Of a DNA stretch of 64,000 nt, positions 9,449-17,420 are shown one piece after another. Each line of letters starts with the position of its first letter. The stretch's first letter is position 1. The position numbers and the translations under genes are program-made. Source of the stretch: Anaerolineae bacterium (lineage in GTDB: Bacteria; Chloroflexota; Anaerolineae; Aggregatilineales; Phototrophicaceae); the NCBI GenBank assembly GCA_041753015.1, contig JBGSVJ010000003.1:371-64370 (forward strand). Direction: 5' to 3'. The notes below the pieces were generated by a model that was not told the DNA's origin, ran no database searches, and saw only the letters and a list, made by a program, of their open reading frames with translations.

Positions 9449-10675
9449 TTAGTGCAGCCGAAAGTGCGTTCGCTCCCCACGTGCGAGGCTTTTACTTTGC
9501 AGCTTGCTGGAACTTTCCGGCTCAAGCGCGTTTTGCAGCATGTTCACCCGGATTAGTTCATCCATCTGCTGTTTTTCGATGCTGCTCACATAGGCGAGTT
9601 CGTCCGCCCGCGTAAGCGCATACGGGTAACTTCGTCTCCCTTGAATCGCGCACTGCGCAAGGATCAGTGCGTGCAGCGCCCCGACCGAGGCTTTATCCCG
9701 CGCAACCCACATCGGAATATCAACACGGATGATGATCGGTCGCCCACCCGCCGCCGCGTTGATATAGAAAAAGCCGATCTCGAAATCCGCTCCGCTGCGA
9801 TCGCGATACTCTTTGTTTTGCGGCGAATTCTGCACCATTACGGCTGAGCGTTCCCCCGGCGCGAGAACATGCGCCAGCAGCATGGCATCGTTTAAGCCTT
9901 CAAATTCGCCGTTGGTGCGCAGCACGGCATCGTTGATCTGATCCGGTTGCAAATTGAGCAGGTGGAGCAGACTGATAATGTAGGTGCTGCGCGGTACATC
10001 AAGATAGCCCGCCAAGATCGCGCCGCTGTCACTGAGTTTTTGGAGCGCCTCCATGTACTCTTTTTCGATGTCGCCGCCCGCTTCGATATCGGCATTTCCG
10101 AAAAACTTGAGCAGTCCGCCATCGTGCAGGGTGATCATCGGTTTGGCTTCGGCGCGGTTTTCCCATGCCGATTTCGCCAACCACTGCATTTCTGCCAATG
10201 ACCGCCGCGCGTTGATCGTCTGATTCGTGATCAAGCGTCCATCACGGTCGAGCAGCATTTTGTCGCTGTAATACAGTTCGGGATACGTGAACTGGTGCGG
10301 CACGCGGTTCGTGCCGTGAAAATACGTGAACAAGCCGATGTTGATCAGGTAGTACAGGGCAGGCGCGTGCGTATCCGGGAAAATCTGACTGCCGTCGGCG
10401 GCGATGATCGTGCCTTCGGTTGGGGTTGGCGGCGGTTCACCGATGCCGCAGATCATTTCGTCATACGGGCGTGGAGCAGGGGCAGCCCCCCGGTAGCCGC
10501 TCACCGAAGACTTACGCACCAAGTCGATTCGCTGATGAATCGCGTCGAGATCGGTACAGGCATAAAATGCGTCGATCGCGCGCTGGAGGCGCTGGCTGGC
10601 AGTCTCGCCCCGGTGCTTGAGATAACGCCCGAAGCTTTGTACCTGTTCCATCACTTTCGTGAATTCGAGCGACAC
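9449..10675 (-). CDS. nurA: NurA-domain nuclease
   Basis: AADGSQ, LHDGGL and YPYALTRADELA motifs; herA neighbourhood. Confidence 0.88.
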   Translation of the reverse strand: MSLEFTKVMEQVQSFGRYLKHRGETASQRLQRAIDAFYACTDLDAIHQRIDLVRKSSVSGYRGAAPAPRPYDEMICGIGEPPPTPTEGTIIAADGSQIFPDTHAPALYYLINIGLFTYFHGTNRVPHQFTYPELYYSDKMLLDRDGRLITNQTINARRSLAEMQWLAKSAWENRAEAKPMITLHDGGLLKFFGNADIEAGGDIEKEYMEALQKLSDSGAILAGYLDVPRSTYIISLLHLLNLQPDQINDAVLRTNGEFEGLNDAMLLAHVLAPGERSAVMVQNSPQNKEYRDRSGADFEIGFFYINAAAGGRPIIIRVDIPMWVARDKASVGALHALILAQCAIQGRRSYPYALTRADELAYVSSIEKQQMDELIRVNMLQNALEPESSSKLQSKSLARGERTHFRLH

Positions 10676-10727
10676 CCGATAATACTCCGCAAAAGTTAAC
10701 CGAAAACAAACCGAACAATCGATAAGT

Positions 10728-10771
10728 CAAACGATTGTTCTAACCTTAAGGAAGGGTAGCACTATCGTTCT
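10728..10771. promoter_or_regulatory. Two putative LexA boxes upstream of nurA
   Basis: CAAACGATTGTTCT (10728-10741; reverse complement AGAAC-N4-GTTTG) and AGCACTATCGTTCT (10758-10771). Confidence 0.55.
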
Positions 10772-10989
10772 ATTCCGTCAAGCCACCTCGCGTGAACACT
10801 TAATCAGAGCGATAACAAGCCTTAATCTTGTACACTTTGAACGAAAACTGCCTCTTCTTTTGACTTCCCTTGTTGTGCAATGCTGCGTTATAATCGAAAC
10901 AAGAATAATGAAATATTGCGGCACGCTCGGGTCGAGCGCCTTCCTTGTTTGCGGACTCCGTTGGCTAGAATAGACAAGAGAGTGGAACG

Positions 10990-11706
10990 ATGGCATCGAA
11001 CCCGGTTGCCCTGAGCGCCGTTCAATCGGCGCGTAAAGAAGAAATCATCTTCGCAGGGGATAACGTCCGCTTGGCAGGACAAATGGATTATCCCTCTTTC
11101 CAGCCTCCCCTTGCCGGATACCCTCTGTTGTTCGTGCTTCCCCAAGCCACCTGCAACAGCCGCGAAATGTACGATGAATTTACGGCATTGGCATTGGAGC
11201 GCGGCTACGCGGTGTTCCGTTGGGATAAGCGTGGGACGGGCAAAAGTGGATCGAGCGGGAGTGGTTCCGCCGTTCAGGATGCGGTCGAGGCATATCAAGT
11301 GGCGCTGCGGCGACCCGGCGTCAACCGGAGCCGCGCGGTGATCATGGCGCTCGGTTCAGGTACATCTTTACTGGGAAGCTGTTACGGGTTGTTCGCACGC
11401 GAACAACCGCCGCTTGGAGTCTTGTTGATCGCCAACATGCTCGATGAACAGGGGATCACTGCGATTAACGCGCGTGTTCAGATCGTCAACGGCGCGAATG
11501 ATTGGACACCCGCCGAGCAGTATGCGGAAGCCGCCGCGCTTGCGCATCAATCGATTTATCCGCACGGCGCGGAGTTTTATATCGCCCCTGACGCCGACCG
11601 CAACCTCAAGACCTCCCGTAATGGTTCTACGCATCTCCACGCTGGCGCGCGAAAGGTAATCAGCAGTTGGCTCAACTCGCTGGCTCGCACTGCTCCATTC
11701 GTCTAA
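10990..11706 (+). CDS. Alpha/beta-hydrolase-fold protein with degenerate catalytic residues
   Basis: GYAVFRWDKRGTGKS and NGANDW motifs; elbow reads ALGSG and the His site reads ADRNL. Confidence 0.75.
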   Translation: MASNPVALSAVQSARKEEIIFAGDNVRLAGQMDYPSFQPPLAGYPLLFVLPQATCNSREMYDEFTALALERGYAVFRWDKRGTGKSGSSGSGSAVQDAVEAYQVALRRPGVNRSRAVIMALGSGTSLLGSCYGLFAREQPPLGVLLIANMLDEQGITAINARVQIVNGANDWTPAEQYAEAAALAHQSIYPHGAEFYIAPDADRNLKTSRNGSTHLHAGARKVISSWLNSLARTAPFV

Positions 11707-12431
11707 CGGATCATGCCGCGCTCGTCACTGGGGCGGGCGCGGGAATTGGTGAAGCGGTCGCCAAAGCGCTGGCGCAAGCGGGCGCGGCAGTCCTCGTGAA
11801 TGACCTCAATCCAGATCGCGCCGATACCGTCACCGAAGCGATTCAAGCGGCGGGTGGGCGTGCGCTTGCATGGCAGGCAGATGTCACCAACCGCTTTCAA
11901 GCCGCCTCGATGATCGAAGCCGGGCGTGATGCGTTCGGCAAGCTGACGATCCTTGTGAACGCCGCCGGGGTGTACAAAACGGGCAGTATGCTCACGCTCG
12001 ACGAGTGGGAGTGGGAGCGTATCCTCAACGTCAACATGACGGGTGCATTCTACTGTACACAGCTTCTTTCACGGGTGATGCGTGACGAAGGCAGCGGCGT
12101 GATCGTAAATATCGCTTCAACCGCCGGTCATCCGGATCCGCTGCCGGAGTCCATCGGCGGAATCGGCTACACGGCGAGCAAAGCCGGATTGATCGGCTTA
12201 ACGCGTCAAGCCGCCCGTGAGCTTGCCCCGCATAATATCCGCGTGAATGCGGTGTGTCCCGCGCATATTGCCGGAGAAGATGCGCCGCTTCTTCCTCCTG
12301 AACAAATCCCGCTGCGTCGTCACGGCACACCGGATGAAGTCGCCGCGCTGGTGCTGTTTCTGGTCAGCGATTCGGCACGGTTCATCACCGGGCAGTCGAT
12401 CCACATCGACGGCGGCGTGAGCATGGCGTAA
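11667..12431 (+). CDS. SDR oxidoreductase (FabG-like)
   Basis: TGAGAGIG, YTASK, IRVNAVCP, ITGQSIHIDGG; start uncertain because it overlaps the upstream gene. Confidence 0.93.
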   Translation: MAQLAGSHCSIRLTDHAALVTGAGAGIGEAVAKALAQAGAAVLVNDLNPDRADTVTEAIQAAGGRALAWQADVTNRFQAASMIEAGRDAFGKLTILVNAAGVYKTGSMLTLDEWEWERILNVNMTGAFYCTQLLSRVMRDEGSGVIVNIASTAGHPDPLPESIGGIGYTASKAGLIGLTRQAARELAPHNIRVNAVCPAHIAGEDAPLLPPEQIPLRRHGTPDEVAALVLFLVSDSARFITGQSIHIDGGVSMA

Positions 12432-12444
12432 ACGCGAACAGCGT

Positions 12445-12583
12445 TTGAAACACAGAGAACACAAAGAAGTACAGAGAGAACAAGGTATCAAGTCGCAAAG
12501 CGTTTTCGCGGTACTTTATTTGCGCCTTTGTGTCTTTGTGTTGATATTCTATCTTTGTGTTCTTGGTGTTCTTTGTGGTTCAA
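12445..12583. repeat. Family C composite inverted repeat
   Basis: ttgaaacacagagaacacaaagaa ... tttgcgcctttgtgtctttgtgttga ... tctttgtgttcttggtgttctttgtggttcaa. Confidence 0.8.
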
Positions 12584-12599
12584 GTTTTTCTGGAGGCAC

Positions 12600-14153
12600 A
12601 TGCGCCGCCTATTCCCTTTCATGCTCATGCTTATTCTGCTGTTTGCGTCGGTGCTCGTCAGCGCACAGGGGCAGTGCTCCGAAGTCGACAGCGTGCGCTT
12701 TCCGGTTGATCCCGGCACATTTTCGGTGATGCAGGCATTCGCCGCGCCGAGCTTACGCCATCAAGGGCGGTATCACACCGGGGAAGATTGGTACGGTGGG
12801 CGCGGTGTCAGCGCGGGAGCGCGGGTGCAGGCGATTGCCAATGGGCGTGTGACCTACTCAGCGCCGAATGGGTGGGGACGCGACGGCGGCGTGATCATCA
12901 TCGAACATACATTTCCTGATGGCACGGTGCTGTACAGCGAATATGCGCATATCGCGGAGGCGGACGGGGTGACATTTCCGCCTGTGCTGTCGTGCGTGAC
13001 GGGCGGCATGGTGATCGCCGTCGTGGGTGATATACGCCCCGCGCCGCACCTGCATTTTGAGATCAAGACCAACAACCCGGATCGACCGGGGGCGGGCTAT
13101 TCGTGGGCGTACCCGACCACTGACGGCTACCGCCGCCCATCGAAAACGATCCTCAACTGGGATTTGTGGCTGAATCCCGCGCACGCATGGCACGCTGATT
13201 TGAGTGACGAAACCGCGCCGCTCGCGCCGCCCGTCGTCTTGAGCGATGAAAGCCTAATTTATCTCGATGGGGATCGCGTCTCGCTTTTGACCGCCGATGG
13301 ACGCATTTTGTGGCGCGTGAACTTGGATCAACCCGCCGTCGCAGTCGTGCCGCAAGGATTCGGTGCGGCGGTGATCTTCAGCGATGGATCGGTGCGGGCG
13401 CTCACGCCGGATGGCACATGGAGCGGCGAAAACTGGCAGATCGGTTTTGGAATCGATCAACTGGTGCTCGATCAACCGGAGCATAACCGGATCGTGCTGC
13501 GGACGGCTCAAAACGTGCTGTTGATCGTTGAGCGCGCGTCATGGTCATGGCTGACGCCGATCAGCGATGTGCCGCGTGTCAGCCGCGCCGCCGCATCCGG
13601 TGACTTGATCAGCGTGATCACCGAGACGAACGAAATGCGCGTCTACCGCTTTGACGGCACGCTGATCGACGCGGCGTTTTTGCGCGAACCGGGGGCGCTG
13701 TACGCGCTGGCGGACGGATTCTATGCGCTCACGCGCGGCGGTTTCTGGCGGGTCGATGCGGCGGGCGAGTGGTCGCTACCGCTGACAGATGCGCTTTCTG
13801 GCGGCGAGTCAGCGGCGGTCAGCGCGGGTACGGGTGATCTGTACCTATTCGACGGTTATACGCTGTTGGCGTATGGGAGCGATCAAATCGAGCGCTGGCG
13901 CGTCGATCTCCCCGGCATCAGCGGCGAAACGCGGCTGATCAACACCGGGGATTTTCTGATCCTGACGAGCAGCTACGGGAATATCGCTGCCGTGCGCGCT
14001 GTGGACGGCGCATACTGCAATGGCGCGCGCATGTTTGGCGATTTGCGCTCAAACGTGTGGAGCGATCTCGGTGACGACGGGACTTTGCGCGTGTACGTCG
14101 CCGATCAGATCGTCGGGCTGGACTGGCGCGAGTTTCTGTTAGGGTGCGGTTGA
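12600..14153 (+). CDS. Secreted M23 metallopeptidase with C-terminal PQQ-like beta-propeller
   Basis: GGAGG + ATG, signal peptide, HTGED and HLHFE zinc motifs, repeated DG...W-rich blades. Confidence 0.85.
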   Translation: MRRLFPFMLMLILLFASVLVSAQGQCSEVDSVRFPVDPGTFSVMQAFAAPSLRHQGRYHTGEDWYGGRGVSAGARVQAIANGRVTYSAPNGWGRDGGVIIIEHTFPDGTVLYSEYAHIAEADGVTFPPVLSCVTGGMVIAVVGDIRPAPHLHFEIKTNNPDRPGAGYSWAYPTTDGYRRPSKTILNWDLWLNPAHAWHADLSDETAPLAPPVVLSDESLIYLDGDRVSLLTADGRILWRVNLDQPAVAVVPQGFGAAVIFSDGSVRALTPDGTWSGENWQIGFGIDQLVLDQPEHNRIVLRTAQNVLLIVERASWSWLTPISDVPRVSRAAASGDLISVITETNEMRVYRFDGTLIDAAFLREPGALYALADGFYALTRGGFWRVDAAGEWSLPLTDALSGGESAAVSAGTGDLYLFDGYTLLAYGSDQIERWRVDLPGISGETRLINTGDFLILTSSYGNIAAVRAVDGAYCNGARMFGDLRSNVWSDLGDDGTLRVYVADQIVGLDWREFLLGCG

Positions 14154-14165
14154 AAAGCAAAAGTG

Positions 14166-14252
14166 TTGAACCACAAAGAACACCAAGAACACAAAGACGC
14201 GAAGGAATGGCGAGACTTTTTGCGCCCTTGCGTCTTTGCGACTTTGGGTTGA
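14166..14252. repeat. Family C inverted repeat
   Basis: ttgaaccacaaagaacaccaagaacacaaagacgcgaag ... tttgcgcccttgcgtctttgcgactttgggttgaa. Confidence 0.8.
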
Positions 14253-14264
14253 AGTCCTTTGTAG

Positions 14265-14921
14265 CTAACTGTTCTTCTGTTCCACCCGTTTGAGCGCGTC
14301 TTGCAGCCTCAACTGCTGGATCGTCGTCGTCAGGTCGCCGCGTGTGCGTTCGAGCACGCCGCGCACCACGTCCGTCCGGCGGCGCAGATCACCTGTGATC
14401 GCGTCGGGAAAGTCGAACGTCACTAGTTGATCGTAAATCGCATCCATCCAACCGAGCAGTCGTTCTGCCTCCGCGACATTTTCCGGCGCGCCGCCATCTT
14501 CACGGCGCAAAATATCCAGAATAAAGCGGCGGAGTTCGGTCGCGGCTTCGGCTAATCCGTTCAAATACACATCGTTCGGCACGTTGAGTTTTTGCGGCGA
14601 CGGCAGTGCTTGATCACGGATGATCGCGCGCGTGGCGAATGCTTCCACCACCTCTTTGAGCGCGTCGGTGGTATAGCCGCTGTTCATCAGGTCAGGATAA
14701 GCGGCGGTGACGGCGCGCAGCTCATCGGCTGCGGCTTGCACTTTTTTGAGCTTCGCTCCGGCTTCGTCCCATTCGCGGCGATGAATCGCGCGGATCGATT
14801 CGGCACAGAAGCGAATCAGTTCACGCGAACGGGCGATTGCCGCATCACGCGCGGCATATTTGGCGATAAACGCCGCGCGGATCGCGTCGGCAATCGGGTT
14901 AAGGGCATCGAGACTGGGCAT
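14265..14921 (-). CDS. Translin/Trax-family protein
   Basis: All-helical; SRELIRFCAESIRAIHR, KEVVEA, YLNGLAEAATELRR, LRRRTDVVRGVLE; start placed at MPSLDA, after the REP. Confidence 0.8.
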   Translation of the reverse strand: MPSLDALNPIADAIRAAFIAKYAARDAAIARSRELIRFCAESIRAIHRREWDEAGAKLKKVQAAADELRAVTAAYPDLMNSGYTTDALKEVVEAFATRAIIRDQALPSPQKLNVPNDVYLNGLAEAATELRRFILDILRREDGGAPENVAEAERLLGWMDAIYDQLVTFDFPDAITGDLRRRTDVVRGVLERTRGDLTTTIQQLRLQDALKRVEQKNS

Positions 14922-14931
14922 ATGTTCCCTT

Positions 14932-14955
14932 GTAGGGGCGGCTCGCGAGCCGCCC
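14932..14955 (+). repeat. GTAG-type REP (family A), single copy
   Basis: gtaggggcggctcgcgagccgccc: GTAG plus perfect palindrome. Confidence 0.8.
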
Positions 14956-14967
14956 ATGTGAACCACA

Positions 14968-16110
14968 TTACTCAATAATCCGGTGATATTTCAGCCGCTC
15001 GATCAGCACATCATGCGGGAGCGCGTAGAGCGTATTCCCGTCGCGTCCGGTCATCGTGTGGGCGGCGACGAGCGAATTCAAAATCGCTTCTTCGATGGTT
15101 TCGACGACTGCTTGAAACAGTTGATTCATCACCGGGCTGCCTTCCGGCACGCGGTTGACCGCTTCGATCCGCCGCTCGGTTTGGTGCGCCCAGCGGTGAG
15201 TCGTCGAAAACGCGATCACAAAATCACCGCTGCTGTCATGGCTGATTGTGCCTGTGCGCGCCAACCCGAACGCCGCCCGCATCGCCAAACGGCTGAGCTG
15301 ACGCGAATCAAGCGGGGCATCAGTGGCGATCACCATCATGATCGAGCCGCCGCCCTCGGTGTCTTTGAGCGTGGGCGCTTGCTCTTTGACGTAGCCCTGC
15401 TGCGACCCTTCACCCGCGACCGGGAGATAATCGCGCAAGAGATGTTTTCCGATGGGTGCGCCCAACACCGTGAGTTCGGCGCGAATGCCGTAATTGCTCT
15501 GCACGAGCGCGCCGACCGTGTATGTCCCGTCATCGACCACGCGCGAACTTGTGCCGATCCCGCCTTTGAACCCGAACGCGCTTGTTCCCGTGCCCGCGCC
15601 GACGCAGCCTTCTACTACATCGTCCGAAGCGGTTACAATCGCTTGGCGGACATGCTCGGCGTGGATGTGCCGCCCGCGTGTATCGTTCAAAAATCCGTCG
15701 AAACATTCCCCGACCACCGGATTCACCGTGCCGCTCGTCAAGCCGATCCCCGGATTCGTCTCCAACATGTAGCCGATCACCGCGTCTGCCGTCCGGCTGA
15801 TCGCCAGCGTATTCGTGAACAGGATTGGCGTTTCGATTTGCCCCCGTGTGCGGATTTGCTCAAACCCGGTGGCTTTGCCGAATCCGTTGATGCTGCACAC
15901 GCCGCCGGAAACTTTATCTTCGTACAAATTGCCCGTGTGCGGCAGGATCGCCGTCACGCCCGTGCGGATCGGTCCTACGCCTTCGACGAGCTTGCCTTCG
16001 CCTTCAATGCGCGTCGTGTGACCGACGCGCACCCCCGGCACATCCGTGATCGTGTTGCGCGCCCCGGCGGGGAGCCGCCCCGGTACTGCGCCTAAATCTC
16101 TCAAACGCAT
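14968..16110 (-). CDS. P1/S58 (DmpA-like) aminopeptidase
   Basis: ITDVPGVRVGH, NGFGKATG, VGAGTG, GSIMMVIATDAPL. Confidence 0.93.
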   Translation of the reverse strand: MRLRDLGAVPGRLPAGARNTITDVPGVRVGHTTRIEGEGKLVEGVGPIRTGVTAILPHTGNLYEDKVSGGVCSINGFGKATGFEQIRTRGQIETPILFTNTLAISRTADAVIGYMLETNPGIGLTSGTVNPVVGECFDGFLNDTRGRHIHAEHVRQAIVTASDDVVEGCVGAGTGTSAFGFKGGIGTSSRVVDDGTYTVGALVQSNYGIRAELTVLGAPIGKHLLRDYLPVAGEGSQQGYVKEQAPTLKDTEGGGSIMMVIATDAPLDSRQLSRLAMRAAFGLARTGTISHDSSGDFVIAFSTTHRWAHQTERRIEAVNRVPEGSPVMNQLFQAVVETIEEAILNSLVAAHTMTGRDGNTLYALPHDVLIERLKYHRIIE

Positions 16111-16121
16111 GAAAATTCCTT

Positions 16122-17324
16122 TTAGATGATGCGGCGGGCGCGCAAGTCTGCGACTGCCTCCGCCGTGAATCCCAATTCGGACAAAATGGTGTCGGTGTGC
16201 TGACCGTGCGCGGGTGGGGCACTCCGCACGGTGGGCGGGGTTGCGCTGAAATGCACGGGCGGCGCGATCAACGGGATGCCGTCGATCTCCGTGACTAAGC
16301 CGCGCGCTTCGATATGCGGGTCTGCCAGCATGTCCGTGAGCGTATTCAGCCGTCCCGCCGGAATCCCGACCTGATTCAGCGCTTCGACCCATGCCGCCGC
16401 CGTCCGCGTGATGAAAACTTGCTCCAGCAGTGGAATCAACACATCGCGGTGTGCAACGCGCGCCGGATTCGTCGCAAAACGCGCATCGTCTGACCATTCC
16501 GGATGATCGATCAGCGCGCACAACTGGCGGAATTGGCGATCATTGCCGACCGCAAGCGAAAACAGCGCGTCGGATGCATGGAACGGCTGATACGGGACGA
16601 TGCTCGGATGGGCGTTGCCATAGCGGCGCGGCGTTTGACCGCTCACAAGCGCGCTGGCGGCGACATTGACCAGCGCCGCGATCTGCGTATCCAATAGGGC
16701 AATATCAAGGTGTTGACCTTCGCCCGTCGCCCGCGCATGGATCAGCGCCGCCAGAATGGACATGGCTGCGAATAAGCCCGCCGTCACATCCGAGATCGCC
16801 ACGCCGACCTTGTGCGGTTCGCCGCCGCGTTCGCCGGTGATCGCCATCAAGCCGCTCATCGCCTGCACGACGAAATCATAGCCGGGGCGGTCGCGGTAAG
16901 GGCTGGTCTGTCCATACCCGGTGATGCTGGCGTACACAATCGCGGGTTTGAGCGCCGCCGCGTTCTCGTACCCCAAGCCGAACGCGGACATGCCGTCGGG
17001 TTTGAAGTTTTCGACCACAATCTCGCTGTTGGCGATCAACTGGCGCGCGATTTCCTGTCCTTCGGGGCTTTTGAGGTCGAGTGTGATCGCGCGCTTGTTG
17101 CGGTTGACGCTGGTGTAATACGCGCTTAAGCCGCTCTCCGTCCAAGGTGGTCCCCAATGGCGGGTTTCATCGCCTAACAACGGGTCTTCGATCTTGATCA
17201 CGTCTGCGCCGAGGTCGGCAAGCATCATCGTGCAGAAGGGTCCCGCCAAAACGCGGGTGAAATCGACGACGCGCACGCCAGCTAGCGCGCCAGAGTATGT
17301 CGGAGAAGCCGAGGAAAACGTCAT
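16122..17324 (-). CDS. CaiB/BaiF family III CoA-transferase
   Basis: LAGPFCTMMLADLGADVIKIE, NRNKR, ENFKP, PGYD. Confidence 0.95.
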   Translation of the reverse strand: MTFSSASPTYSGALAGVRVVDFTRVLAGPFCTMMLADLGADVIKIEDPLLGDETRHWGPPWTESGLSAYYTSVNRNKRAITLDLKSPEGQEIARQLIANSEIVVENFKPDGMSAFGLGYENAAALKPAIVYASITGYGQTSPYRDRPGYDFVVQAMSGLMAITGERGGEPHKVGVAISDVTAGLFAAMSILAALIHARATGEGQHLDIALLDTQIAALVNVAASALVSGQTPRRYGNAHPSIVPYQPFHASDALFSLAVGNDRQFRQLCALIDHPEWSDDARFATNPARVAHRDVLIPLLEQVFITRTAAAWVEALNQVGIPAGRLNTLTDMLADPHIEARGLVTEIDGIPLIAPPVHFSATPPTVRSAPPAHGQHTDTILSELGFTAEAVADLRARRII

Positions 17325-17420
17325 TTTCTCAAAAAGTGCGTACTCAAATAAAAAGCCGATTCAATAAAACCTATTGTCGCTTAACCCATGCGTGATCGGC
17401 AAGGGTAATCGCACGGTGAC

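Noticed and set aside
5921-10675. HerA as an anti-phage system (Sir2-HerA or DUF4297-HerA)
   Set aside because: The partner is NurA, composition is host-like and no defence effector is adjacent
12445-12583. Periodic repeats as a CRISPR array
   Set aside because: Units are about 9 nt, inverted and lack unique spacers; no cas genes in the window
14983-16095. Long antisense or alternate-frame ORFs (also 8702-9556, 45644-46453, 62148-62903)
   Set aside because: Shadows of well-supported genes, expected in high-GC DNA, with no recognisable motifs
16111-16521. N-terminal extension of the DmpA ORF, and similar extensions on ORFs 3023, 12528, 14975 and 30393
   Set aside because: They overlap neighbouring genes, leaders or repeats; better starts lie downstream
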